The translations under genes and the position numbers were made by a program. The notes below the pieces were generated by a model that saw nothing but the letters and a program-made list of their open reading frames with translations, was not told where the DNA came from and made no database searches. Of a DNA stretch of 64,000 nt, positions 11,848 to 23,252 are shown in pieces; position 1 is the first letter of the stretch, and the number at the start of each line of letters is the position of its first letter. Source of the DNA: Paraspadella gotoi (lineage: Eukaryota; Animalia; Chaetognatha); contig CM119265.1 of NCBI GenBank assembly GCA_051294375.1, positions 26,637,331 through 26,701,330 of the forward strand, written 5' to 3'.

Positions 11848-12024
11848 CCTCTCTCTCTCTCTCCCTCCCCCCGTTCCTTTACTTTCCCCTTGATTTGGCA
11901 AATGATGTTTTGATTTTTCTCTTTTTTTTTTCGCCCGAAATGATTCGATTATTCAAGAAGAATCGTTTTTTCTCCAACTTTTGTCATCCTATCCGTAGAG
12001 AGAGAGAGAGATAGAGAAGAAGAG

Positions 12025-12095
<71 letters not shown>

Positions 12096-13039
12096 GGACA
12101 AACGATTTCGCTTTTTATTTCGTGTTTCCTTTCATTACCGCACCGAGCCTTCGGTGGGGGAGTCTTAGGGGGGCGGAGTTGTTGTGTTTACAATTGTTTT
12201 AAAAACTTTTAATAAAACAAAAGCGTCGATTAAAAAGAAATAAGAATTACTTAAATCTTTTTTTCTTTCTTTCTTTTTTTTTCGTCTGAAATTTTGCGAT
12301 TATCTCATAATTTCCACCCGTTTGACCTTCGCTTATTCACCAATATAAAAATTATCCATTCATTTAATAAATAAGCTAACTTGCCCCTTTAGACAGGGCG
12401 ATAGGCTACGGTGGTTTAAGGCCTACCTCAAATCTAAGTGACTGCTAGCGCCGCCTTCAGGAAATCTTAAAACTATAAAGAGTAAAAGATGGAATTCCGA
12501 TGCAGTGCGAGTCACTGCGGCGCAACACATTGGATGGACCGATCTTCCTTCTTCTATCATAACCTTCCTATTCTCTGCAGTTAAATTCAGTTAATTCCAG
12601 TAATTAAATCGTAATTAATTAATTAATTACTTTTTCAAAACACTTTTCAAATTTCTTTCTTTTCTCTTTCTTTTCTAATTTTGTTATATTTTTGTTCTCG
12701 GCGTTTCGATCTGACATTTCAACTGTCATCGCCTCAAAAAGTCAATCCGCCACCTGATATCTCTTCCAGCGCCGCCGTCGCCGCCGCCGAAGCAGCCCGC
12801 CGCCTCCCGCCGCAGCCCGCAGCCACACACGGCGCCTCCAACTCGTCGTCGGTGGGAAGTAGTTAAACCCACTCGAATTCATTTTTGACGTCGGCTTCAC
12901 TTACCTTTTTCCCTCCTGCGGGGCCACCTCAAAGGAGACCTTTTCCTTTTAGACGATGCGCCTTACCTTTTGACGCTTTCGCCGCCCAAATTGTCCTTTT
13001 GTTTTTATTTCTGCTCAGTTTAATCATACTTTTTTTTTT

Positions 13040-13450
13040 TGCCTTATTTTCCAAGAATGCCCCGTTTTGTATCTTAAATTTGGAATTAGATTATTTTTTT
13101 TTAATTAAAGATTAGGTTAGAGGTTTGGGTTAAAGAAAAGGTTAGGGATTAGGGTTTGAGGTTAGGGGTTAGGGTTAGGGATTGAGTTATAAATTTAAAA
13201 ACATATTCAGGTTAAATATCAAGGTTTTTAACAAAACAAAAGTTTTTAATTGACAATAACAACGATTTTATTCATAATATAAATCGGATAATGTTTCGAT
13301 CACTTTTATTTCCTTAAAATCATAAAATACAACGAAAAGTAAGATTTAATAGAATATTAAGGTTAAAACTAATTTTGGGATAAAGGAACAGAAATGGGAC
13401 GCTCTGGAAAAAGAGAGCCCAGAAATTGGACGCTCTGGGAAAATAGAGCC
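13040..13450. mobile_element. Non-autonomous element with imperfect terminal inverted repeats and an internal degenerate (TTAGGG)n tract
   Basis: Left end GCCTTATTTTCCAAGAATGCCCCGTTT resembles the reverse complement of the right end AAATTGGACGCTCTGGGAAAATAGAGCCC, which is itself tandemly duplicated (13391-13450). TTAGGG-like repeats lie at 13113-13185. Both flanks are T-runs. Confidence 0.6.
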
Positions 13451-14474
13451 CTTTTTTTTTGTTTTTCCGACGAAGCGATGATAGACGCTACGTGTCTTCC
13501 TTTGTTTTTCTTTCTTTCTTCCTCCGTTTCTTTTTTTTTCTCTCTGTTTTCGTTTTTCCGCCTTCCTTAACCAACTTCTCAGGTGGCGAGAAGGACCTCA
13601 CCTGGAGATTAACTTACCTCCGAGTCCGATCTTACAGACGCCGCCGATCGGTTCGCCGAGGGGGGGGGGAGATGATAACGAGTACAAACGTTTTCCTCTC
13701 ATTTGCATATTAGAGTATCTTTGGCGGCGTTTGGAAAAAAAACAGGTTGAGAAAGAAGTTTATCGAATCGTGTTTCATTTTGTTTGTTCGTAGAAACCTT
13801 TGAATAAACATTAAATAATCTCTATTGATAATAGACGATGTAGTTGGATGTAGCTAGCTCTTTGTTGAAAAGGGTTTTTGCAAAAGGTATTGCTTGCTCT
13901 ATGCTCTATGCTTGTTCTATCTATGACGACTATCAAAGACGATCGAAGACTATTGAAGAATATCGAAGATTATCGAAGACTATCAATGAATATCGATAAA
14001 ATGTCACACTGCCTCTGGATTCGTAAACAGGTGCAGAATGAGAAACAAATGAGTAAATTAAGTAAATTCAGTAAATATTTAAAATATACGAGGCGATAAT
14101 ATTCATTAAAATATTAAAATGCCAAACAATTGTAAATTAAAAGTAAAAGAATTTTCGAGTTTAAAATATTGAATATAAGACTTTAAAAAAATGAAAAGCA
14201 ATGACTGCGCGAGCGCTAGTCCTAAAAATAAACTCGAAATCAGAATAAAGAGGAAGGCGGGTAAGTTGAAAGTTCTCCGCCTCCCGGATGCCTCACCTTC
14301 GCCTAAACCGTTCTCCCGATCCCGCCCAGTCAATTAAACACTTACCAACTCTGATCCACTTAATGACTTGAACTTACCTTCTAAATCCCTTACTCTCTCC
14401 GCGACCCACGAAACGCGCCGAGTCGTTAACTCACCCTCTCCCGGGGTATGACCGAACGGGAATTGAAAGTCTTA

Positions 14475-14525
<51 letters not shown>

Positions 14526-14611
14526 TGCTGCGTCTCCCTTCCCGCCGCTCTTGAAACTCTGGTTGTTTCAGCTGCCAAGAAAACGCTCAGGAGAGAGAGA
14601 GAAGAGACAGA

Positions 14612-14659
<48 letters not shown>

Positions 14660-15167
14660 GAAAAAACTTGACTTGTCACGTTTGCGGAAAAATCTGTTCG
14701 CTTTGTTCATTAAAATTGATATAAACGTTTAAAACGAAATTATCATTAAAATTTGGTTAGGATTTGATTATGATGGGAAAAAAATTGTTTAATGTAATTT
14801 TTGAATAAAATGAATAAAAAGTAATCTTTCTTCAGTGAATCAATTGTACTTTAAACAATCTATGTTCAATAATCTTAAGCCATCTTAATCTAATCTTAAT
14901 CTAATCCTAATCTAATCTTAGGAACCTTAACCAATTGTGCGAGACTTTTTTTTGACAGCCAAAACCCGTCATAGCGAAATGGCAGGTTCATTCCAAAGAG
15001 CGATCTTCACTGTAGACTTATAATTTTACAGTGAAGGCGGTCACAAAAGAGGTGATGATTGTAAAGAGAGTGAGCACATAGTGAACGCTGTAGGGCCACG
15101 CCCCAAAAGGATTTAAAATAATGATTAACTTCTTAACTTTGCTAATTCCCTCAATGACGGTCATGGG

Positions 15168-15283
<116 letters not shown>

Positions 15284-15609
15284 TTTTTTTCTCTGCCTAA
15301 AAGTCACAGATAAAAGGAGAAATCATCATCATGGGCTTAAGGCGATTAACGGTCCTCCTCCTCCTCCTCCTCCTCCTCCTCCTTTCATCACCAAATCACA
15401 CTCACAGGTCAATCCTGGATTAAGATTCTTCCATTGATATCATTTCTCTTTTTTTTGTTCCTCCAATTTAAACTGTGAATCACCGAGGAGGAGGAGGAGG
15501 AGGAGGAGGAGGAGGAAGAGGAGGAAGAGGAGCAGATTGAGGGGCGGTCCGTCACTGAGGCAAAGATGACAATTTGAATTGGAATCAAAACTCAGCGCGC
15601 GACGCAGTT

Positions 15610-15717
<108 letters not shown>

Positions 15718-15780
15718 TCTCAAACAGGGTGGCCGCGACAACGGCTTCTCTCAACAGCGAATAAAAATGGAATTCTAGTT

Positions 15781-15835
15781 TGACGTCAAATCCTGACGTC
15801 AATTGTCGACGTCAAAAAAAGAGAAAATGACGTCG
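15781..15835. promoter_or_regulatory. Cluster of CRE/ATF (bZIP) sites
   Basis: TGACGTCA at 15781 and 15794, CGACGTCA at 15807, TGACGTCG at 15828. Confidence 0.55.
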
Positions 15836-16094
15836 CCCGGAGACGAGACGTGAAATGACGAGATGGAACGAGACAAGTTTGGCGCGAACGATTCCATCGA
15901 ACTAAGACAGATGGCGTTCCAAGTCAACATTTCTAAAAATAGGAACAAAAGTCAACATTTCAAAAGTTTTAAAAAAAGGTTGAAACTTATCTTTTTTGTT
16001 GTTGTCAAGGTTTATCTTCGTCGTCGTCGTCGTCGTCGTCGTCGTTATCTTCGTCGTCCCCCGAGATGACTTTCTTTGTCTTGTCGTTGTCGTT

Positions 16095-16138
<44 letters not shown>

Positions 16139-16499
16139 TTCCCGAGGACAATGGTGATAAATTTCGTCTTCATAACCTTCGGTTCAAAAGTCGAGTAAAT
16201 TCATCATTTTTGAAAAACAAAAGACGCGAGGGAAAGAGGGAGAGTGAAAAAAAAAAATAATCCCGAGGTCGAAGATGTCGCGACTGTCGGAGAGCGATTG
16301 TCGAAGGAAAAATCAACAAAAGAACACGAAAAGGAATTCAGAAATCAAGCTTGAAGATTTAAAAAATATATATTTTTAAAAATTTTATAGCCTGATGGTT
16401 GAATATTTATTCGAAAAATAGGTTAGGTCGGTGGTTTTGACTCAACAATAATTTAATATCAGCGTTTTTTAGATTTAAAATTCCTTTTTTCAAATTCTA

Positions 16500-16630
16500 G
16501 TATTCACGCCATTGGCTGATGTTCGGTCTGTCTGTCTGTCTGGGCCGAGATTCAAGTCAATGTACGGATTATCTTGATAAAGATATGGATGAACCAAATC
16601 CTCGTTAAGTTGACTTTACGGTCAAATCAC
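16500..16630 (+). mobile_element. Possible Helentron/DINE-1-like fragment
   Basis: Short (GTCT)n block followed by ...CGGATTATCTTGATAAA, resembling DINE-like cores. No clear ends. Confidence 0.3.
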
Positions 16631-17774
16631 TAAATCTATTCGCGTTTATTTTTTCAGATGCCTAATACTCTATCAAGGCAAGAGGCTAAAATAATAACGC
16701 TGCAGATTTTAAAGGATTGTAGTTTAAATATTGTGACGGAGCCAATTTTTTTAAAATTCAAAATTCGATAATTAACGGTATGAAACTGGTAGTAACTGTG
16801 AAATAACCGTCCTTCTATAAACAACAGATTCAAAAGTTTTAAGAAGAGAAGAAGAAATAAGTAAATCATAAAAAAAAACAAAAAAAAAAAAAAAACAAGA
16901 ATTGATCGATCGCTGGTCATCGACGGATTCACGATTAAATCGATATAAATCTTAAATAAATCTCGAATAAACCTCAAATAAATCTCCAAATCCGACTTAT
17001 CGCTTTTCTATCGCTTTTTTTATCTTTCAGGTCCATCTTGATTTTTTTTCACCGAATCCAAATCCGCTTCACGGATCACGTCTTCACGTCTTCACTCAAC
17101 ATCTGTGAATGATTTTCTTATTTTTTCTTTAGGTTCTTTTGATGATATAGATTTGATTTGAGGATTTCTGGTCAAATTAAGCAAAAGATCAAAACATTTA
17201 TAAAAACATATTAACTTCTTTACAGCAGGGTTGATCGGATTTTTTCGAAGAGAAAGTGGATTAATTAGCCAAATTAAAAATGAGATATAAATACAATTTT
17301 ACAATCGTCTTAAAATCGGATAAGACTAAAAAAAAACATCTGTTTTGTGGTTTCCATGGATACGGGCTTATGTCGATAGCGTCTAATCGGGGTGGTCCTG
17401 CTTTTTCTTTTTTTAGATAGGTTATGTAATTTTTGATAAGTTTTGTTTTTTATCATTAATAGTATTTTTCTTAAATCGAATGAATGGAGATGGACATTCT
17501 AGTTTTTTTTTTAATTACTTCTTACTTGTTTTGTTTTGTTGTTTTTAAAAGGTAGAAATTCATTAACACATTAATTCTGTTTTCAAATTTGTCTCATTGC
17601 CAGGCTTCATTTGTAGTTGCGTGACGAGATAAATGTGATCCAGATCTCCTTTTCTGTGATTTTTCTCTTCACATCTTCGTTTTTCTTTTTTTTTTTTCAA
17701 TTCACAATCAATCATCTTCCCTTTTTTTTCTTTTCTCAATTCGACTCAAATTGATTTCCAATCCTCGCCCGTCG

Positions 17775-17811
17775 GTCACGTGTCTGTCTCGCGATTCTAT
17801 AGTCACGTGAC
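17775..17811. promoter_or_regulatory. E-box pair (GTCACGTG, GTCACGTGAC; USF/MiT-TFE type)
   Basis: Motifs lie in a CpG-rich island within AT-rich DNA. Another TCACGTGA occurs at 17992. Confidence 0.4.
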
Positions 17812-18004
17812 CGGGATTAAATCTCGACGATCACGCGTCGCCGTCGAGAAGTTGTTTAATCTCGTTGCCAAGCAATGATCACCGCGAAGAGGACGACGAC
17901 GACGACGAGTCTCGATTAATTAGCGTCTCCATGGAGACGAATGACAACATTCGATGTTCGTTTGAATCACGTTTTCATCCTTTGTTTACATTCACGTGAT
18001 GTCT

Positions 18005-18050
18005 AACGACGACGACGAAGACGACGACGATGATGGTGATGATGTTGATT

Positions 18051-18085
<35 letters not shown>

Positions 18086-18220
18086 GATGATGATGATGAT
18101 GATGAAGACGACGACGATGATGATGTTGATTATGATGATGATGATGATGAAGATGATGATGATGATGATGATGATGAAGATGAAGAGGACGACGACGACG
18201 ATGATGGTGATGATGACGCC
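18005..18220 (+). repeat. (GAT/GAC)n trinucleotide tract
   Basis: Directly visible. Similar tracts occur at 944-1060, 1878-2090 and 57590-57668. Confidence 0.95.
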
Positions 18221-18747
18221 TGTCACTATGACAACAAGGAAAAGTTTAACAAAATCTTTTATAGAAAAAGAAACGAAAATCAAAGGCTTCATTTATAAAA
18301 ACAAATGTATTTACTTATTTCTATCCGTTTGTTTCTGTTTTTTGTCAATCTGAGTACAGTCTCAAGCTCAGTCAAAAATGAGAGTTCCATTTTTGAAAGA
18401 TTTATTAAGTGAAAAAAGAGAGAGATTTTTATTGGTTAAAATTTCAAGATTGTAGATATCACGCATCTCTTTTTCACTCTTTCGTTTTTCACCAAAAAAG
18501 ACGGAAGTGTCTAAAAATTCGTCGATTTCCTAAGAATTGATTTAATTTAATTTAATTGATTTACAGTTGGAAACAACTATAAAAATAAACAATGCGTTAC
18601 CTTCTTAAAAAAAAATTAAAAAAATTAAATAGTCAGAAATAATCAACAAGTTAATCCGGCAAAGAAATAAAAACAAACAAAGTAAAATTCCCTCCTTTCT
18701 ACAACATCCGTACACTTTCCATGTTATTTTGCACTCTCGTTTCCATA

Positions 18748-18788
<41 letters not shown>

Positions 18789-18830
18789 TCTCTTCTCTTT
18801 CTCTCTCTCCTCTTCTCTCTTCTTCTCTCA

Positions 18831-18872
<42 letters not shown>

Positions 18873-18959
18873 GAAATGGAGTTTTCCCCAATCGCTTTCG
18901 CTTCGCATGGCTTCTGTGGCTGAAATAATTGGAACCATTAAGAGAGGAAGCGAAACGAA

Positions 18960-19450
18960 AATGGAAAGAAAAGGGAGAAATAAGGGAGAAATGGGAAAAT
19001 GGGAGAAATGGAAAAAGAAAAAAGAAAAACGGGAGAAATGGGAAAAAAGAATAAGGGAAAGTGGGAGAAATGGGAAAAAGAAAAAAGGGAAAATGGGAGA
19101 AATGGGAAAAAGAAAAAAAATGGAGAAATGAGAAATAAAAAAATGGAGAAGGGAGAAATTGGAAAGAGAAAAAAGGGAAAATGGGGTAAATGGTAAAAAG
19201 ACAAAAGGGAAAAGGGGAGAAATGGGAAAAAGAAAAAAAAAGAGAAATGGGAAATAAAAAAATGGAGAAGGGAGAAATTGGAAAAAGAAAAAAGGGAAAA
19301 TAGGAGAAATTGGAAATGGGAAATGGGAAAAAAAGAGAAATTGGAAATAAAAAAATGGATAAAAGAGAAATTGAAAAAGGAAAAAAATGGAATAAAAGGG
19401 AAAAAAGGAAAAAAAAGGAATAAAAGGAGAAAAGGGGAAAAAAGGAAAAC
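18960..19450 (+). repeat. Degenerate polypurine repeat (GGGAGAAATGGGAAAAAG)
   Basis: Recurring GGAGAAAT(G/T)GG units. Confidence 0.85.
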
Positions 19451-20267
19451 CAAAGAACAAAAGAACAAACAATGTTTTTCTCTGTTTTACTTTCACGAGT
19501 TAAAATGAAGAAGCAAAGCGTGACGACTCTCTCTCTCTCGAGTCTCTCCTCTTGCTGCTGCGACTCCTGCTCTCTCTTCTCCCAAGCACTCTCTGGCAGC
19601 TCTCTACCCCCATCGTCCTCTCTGCCACGCTTATACTCAATGTGTTTATTTGTCAAATTTCGACAACAACCAGTAAAACTTAGTGACCGCTCTCACTCGA
19701 CGCCATGGCTCGTATGCATTGCGCCCTCGAGCCCTGGGCTCATCCACGATAACTATTCTATCTGGCGAATACTGCGGTGTCAAGTCTATACTTGGTTAGG
19801 GCGTGAACGCTTTAAAGACACTTGCTCTGCTCTGCCAGTGCCTCCTCTGCATCGTGTTACATGGCGGTCTCCTCTTCTTTTATCTATTTTCTACTATGCT
19901 CTCGTGTAGCGTGACAGATCTCTGCTGCATGGCATCATGAGTCATCTAGCTCGCATACTCTTTCTGCTCATCTCATTGCAACCAGTATCATGCCGGGGCA
20001 TCATACTTGGACACGCTTTCAACAGAAAATCTTCCCCAAAAACAGGAAAAGTTTCTCGACTCCATTTCTCGGAAATCGACAGCAGCGGTTTAAACCGACG
20101 AAGCTTGAAGGCCAGTTCTCTTCTCGTAAATATTGAACTGGATTTTAGTTACAGATCTGGTTTCTGATTGTTGAATCCATCAGCGGCTTGGACGCCAATC
20201 GAATCTGGAGGCGACGAAACCAACTTTCGCTTTCCACTTAGTGCCACTCTCTCTCTCTCTCCTCTCT

Positions 20268-20305
<38 letters not shown>

Positions 20306-21343
20306 GCTCTCGTAAACAAATCGAACGGTTGCCCTTCCCCACTTCAGCCCTGAAAACTTTTGGCCACAGGAAATGCTTTTGTCTATAAAAATTGTCAACA
20401 TTGTTATGTTTAATATTAAATGATATTATATGAAATCCCAAAACGAGGCTAGTCGGATCGGCAGGATTGGAAGATAAACAGGACCGACATTTTTCCCTTG
20501 GCGGTCAGAGCGAAGAATCTAAACAAAATCCATGAAGTAAAAAATATAACTGAATAAAAAATATTATCTATCTATATTTATTATATATATATATTTTGAT
20601 GCTAGTGCGGAGTACAATAAGTATTCCCCGATCTAATACTTAAGGGAGTGATCTTTTCATACAATTGAAACATTCTTTAAATATTTTCCACTTCATTGAT
20701 AGGGAAGCCAGGTACTCTGGGAGTGAATAAGTAAGACTGTGAGAGAGTCTTGATTGAAAGCTTGCAGGGACTTGCTTTGTCATTATCTTGTAAGAGTGAT
20801 GGAAGTCTTAAACCACCATAGCCTGTCCAAAGTCAGGGGTAAGATAGTTTATTTATTAAATGAATAGATTATTTTTATATTGGTTGTACCAATTTCATTA
20901 AAACTGGTTTCCTTTATAATTCAGTTTCTATTTCTAAAAATTCCTCTTCACCAACGACGTCGAAGATTCTGGAAAAAAAAACTTCGCTTGTTTCTCTTCG
21001 TTTATCAAATTAAGAATCCCGATCATTTCCCCCTTTTTTTGCCCTGGAACCAAAATGGAATCGAAATGGAACCGAAATGGAACCAAATGGACCCGTCGAC
21101 CGCCATCTGGCGATTCCGGTTCCATTCTGTATCCGTGAACACTTGAGTTCTTATAAACCACCCGTGAATATATTCGATTAGGCATCGAGATGGAGTAAAC
21201 GCTCTCTCTCCCTCTCTCTCCTCTCTCTCTCTCTCTCTGTCTCTCTCCTCCTCATTCACACTCACAGGAATCGGCTCGTTGCTTCATTAAACTCTCGATA
21301 TTCATGTAGTTGTCTCATTCTCGTTTCCTCTCTCTCATCTCTC

Positions 21344-21390
<47 letters not shown>

Positions 21391-22545
21391 CTCTACTCTC
21401 TCTCTCTTTCTCTCTCTCTCTCTCATCTTCACTCTCTCTCGGTGAACTTCAAATCACCGACGTTTGGCGGCCCGTGAACGGAGAAGAAGTGATGAAAGGG
21501 TGAAGGAGGAGAAAAAGGCAGAGAGGAGGAGGAGGAGAAGGCGAAAAAAATTTCAAAAATGAGTGAATTGTCTGAGTGAGGAAGTCGACGAAATCACAGA
21601 AGTTGATGATCTTAATCACCGGAAATAATCACTTCGAACTGATGAAAAATTATTGAAAACATTAAAAAGTTTCTAAAGCTAAAATAACTTTGAGTTAAAT
21701 TACGCTAGCCTTCACCCCGCCCCCTTTGAAAAAGATTCATTTTTTAAATATAAGTCTCAAACTGTTTGTGTTTTTTATATTAAGCATTCTAACTTTTAAA
21801 AATCTGTAGACGACCGAATTTAAAAAAAAAAGTTTCATTAAGAAGAAATTAATTGCGAACAAACATTGTCTTTGTAAATTTTAGTTTAATACTATAAATG
21901 CTAAATTTGGGCCAAATACTAAAATCGTAGTTTGAAAGAATCTCCCATTTTTTTGTTCCGCAGATGCGATGGGCGGATCCCGAGTTTAACTAAATCATCA
22001 AATGGAGCGAAAAAGTAAAAACAACGACGCAACAAAATGGAATCAAAATGGCGGAAATGGAGAAAAAAGGGCAGAACAAAAGGGAAACTGAGAGAAAATA
22101 TGAAAAAATAAAGAAAAACATGAAATGAGAAAGAAATAAAAGAAAAAAATATGAAAAAAAGAAAGAAAGAAATCTATAGACTTTTGAAATTTGAAAAGTT
22201 TTTGAAATAAGACATGAAGGTAAAAAACAAAAACAAAAATGTTAAAATAGAAAAAGAATTAAAAACAAGTACAAAATGACTGTAAATATGACATTTTATC
22301 CTCTTTAGTTAAACAATTAAATTTTTTTTTAATCATAAAATAATAAAAATAATAAAAATATTACCCAAGCGTCTCTGTAGGTATTAAGACGACAGTCAGA
22401 TTATTTTTTCTCCAATAATTTGCATGCGAAAGAAAAAAAAATCCAAATGGTTAGCGACCCAAAAAATTTCCCTTCGTTTATTCATTTTTGTTTTCAATTA
22501 ACATACAACCAGATTTTTTATTGGATAAACGGTTTCCACGGCTGG

Positions 22546-22612
<67 letters not shown>

Positions 22613-23252
22613 ATCTCACTCTCCCTTCACGCTCTCTCTCAATCCAATTTGCGTGCTCCGACAAAAGGAAACCAGGTGAGAAGAAGCCGATCAGGATGAA
22701 AAATTAAGGTGAAAAAAAAATATCGCCGATCGGCTAAAAAATCTGCCGAGAAAACAGAAATTACTTTTCTTTTCTTTTTTTTCCTTTTTTTTCCTTTTTT
22801 GAATTTTTCCCATTTCTTTCGATAACCTAATGTGTGGACTTTAAGACGATGATTTTTCATTTATTTAAGTTATACTTAAAATAACATTAGTATTAAAAGT
22901 CTATAAAATTCGAAATTTTATTTCCATCCAATTCAATTAACTCACTCTTCGCCCCGCTCACCCTACACACACAGAGAGAGACCAACTCGCACAAAACCCG
23001 ATTCCATTAAAACCTTCTTCTAACCCTTACTCGACAATCTGTCTCCCCCCCCCCTGTTCGCCCTTATTCAGCAGTCAGCACAGCCTCACCCCGAGTGGAA
23101 AAAACCCGAAGCTAAATGGTCCACACACTTTTACTAATGGATTTAATTACTCTTTGGCGTGACCCGATTCATTGAGTCAAAAGTGCTGAGTCCAAAAGGT
23201 CGAAAGCGAAAGAATGGGTTTTTTTGTTGTTATTAAGACGCAGAGAGATCGA

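Noticed and set aside
13113-13185. True telomere or chromosome fusion scar
   Set aside because: The tract is short, degenerate and embedded in an element with a related copy at 3.6 kb.
15005-15036. Hairpin CTTCACTGTAGA/TTTACAGTGAAG as a pre-miRNA
   Set aside because: The ~12-bp stem is too short and matches no miRNA I recognise.
17975-18353. Poly-Asp / poly-Met / poly-Ile ORFs (also 1781-2101)
   Set aside because: Trinucleotide microsatellites with no splice or domain support.
19520-20010. Apparently unique complex sequence with a 145-aa ORF
   Set aside because: It is partly alignable to 51400-51590 as a very noisy version, consistent with a low-quality read.
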